Source: Octopus vulgaris (taxonomy: Eukaryota). From it: a stretch of DNA of 64,000 nt. Every line of letters begins with the position of its first letter. Within the stretch, counting starts at the first letter, position 1. The notes beneath the pieces are model-generated. The model searched no databases. It was not told where the DNA came from and saw only the letters and a list, made by a program, of their open reading frames with translations. Positions 63,790 through 64,000 of this stretch are shown piece by piece. Made by a program: the position numbers and the translations under genes. The stretch is from positions 49,538,001 to 49,602,000 of the forward strand of contig OX597821.1 in the NCBI GenBank assembly GCA_951406725.2. Direction: 5' to 3'.

Positions 63790-64000
63790 CTTTATAGTGT
63801 TCACAAAGCACTGAGCAGCAATCATGTTTTTCCACACTCAACAATCAAATATAAACATTTGTTTTAAACAAATTCTATTTGTGTGTCAATTGAAAATGTT
63901 ATTTACTCCAGCTGTATTTTGGCACTGCTTATATTCTTAGCATGAATCTTCAGATCATCCACAACTATCACATGATATCAGGATAAGGAGATAGTAATAC

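Overview
AT-rich, microsatellite-laden eukaryotic DNA. The two tRNA-derived SINE families, the RTE LINEs with (GAT)n tails and the TA/CA/GA runs look like a coleoid cephalopod, probably Octopus; this is inferred from recognising the repeats. No host protein-coding gene can be supported, and every interpretable ORF is a decayed transposable element. Non-LTR remnants: several RTE LINEs (RT with an inserted PHD-like finger), RTE-BovB, R4/Dong-like, CR1/L2-like and Penelope pieces, with degenerate hammerhead-like motifs. LTR remnant: a rearranged Mag-like Gypsy element. DNA transposons: DD37D (maT) and DD34D mariners, a Sailor-like (about DD82E) IS630-Tc1-mariner, a TAACCC-containing MITE, and a full-length 2.9-kb hAT/Buster element with an 8-bp TSD. 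The least explained part is 32.6-37.9 kb. It holds a degenerate ~55-nt tandem array of imperfect hairpins rich in AGGTCA half-sites (36.3-36.7 kb). A second copy of part of that array was amplified as ~132-bp units (32.7-33.3 kb). Together they carry six perfect AGGTCAttaTGACCT (IR3, ERE-type) palindromes and lie among candidate + strand, apparently non-coding exons. Many element boundaries are approximate and all identities are judged by eye.
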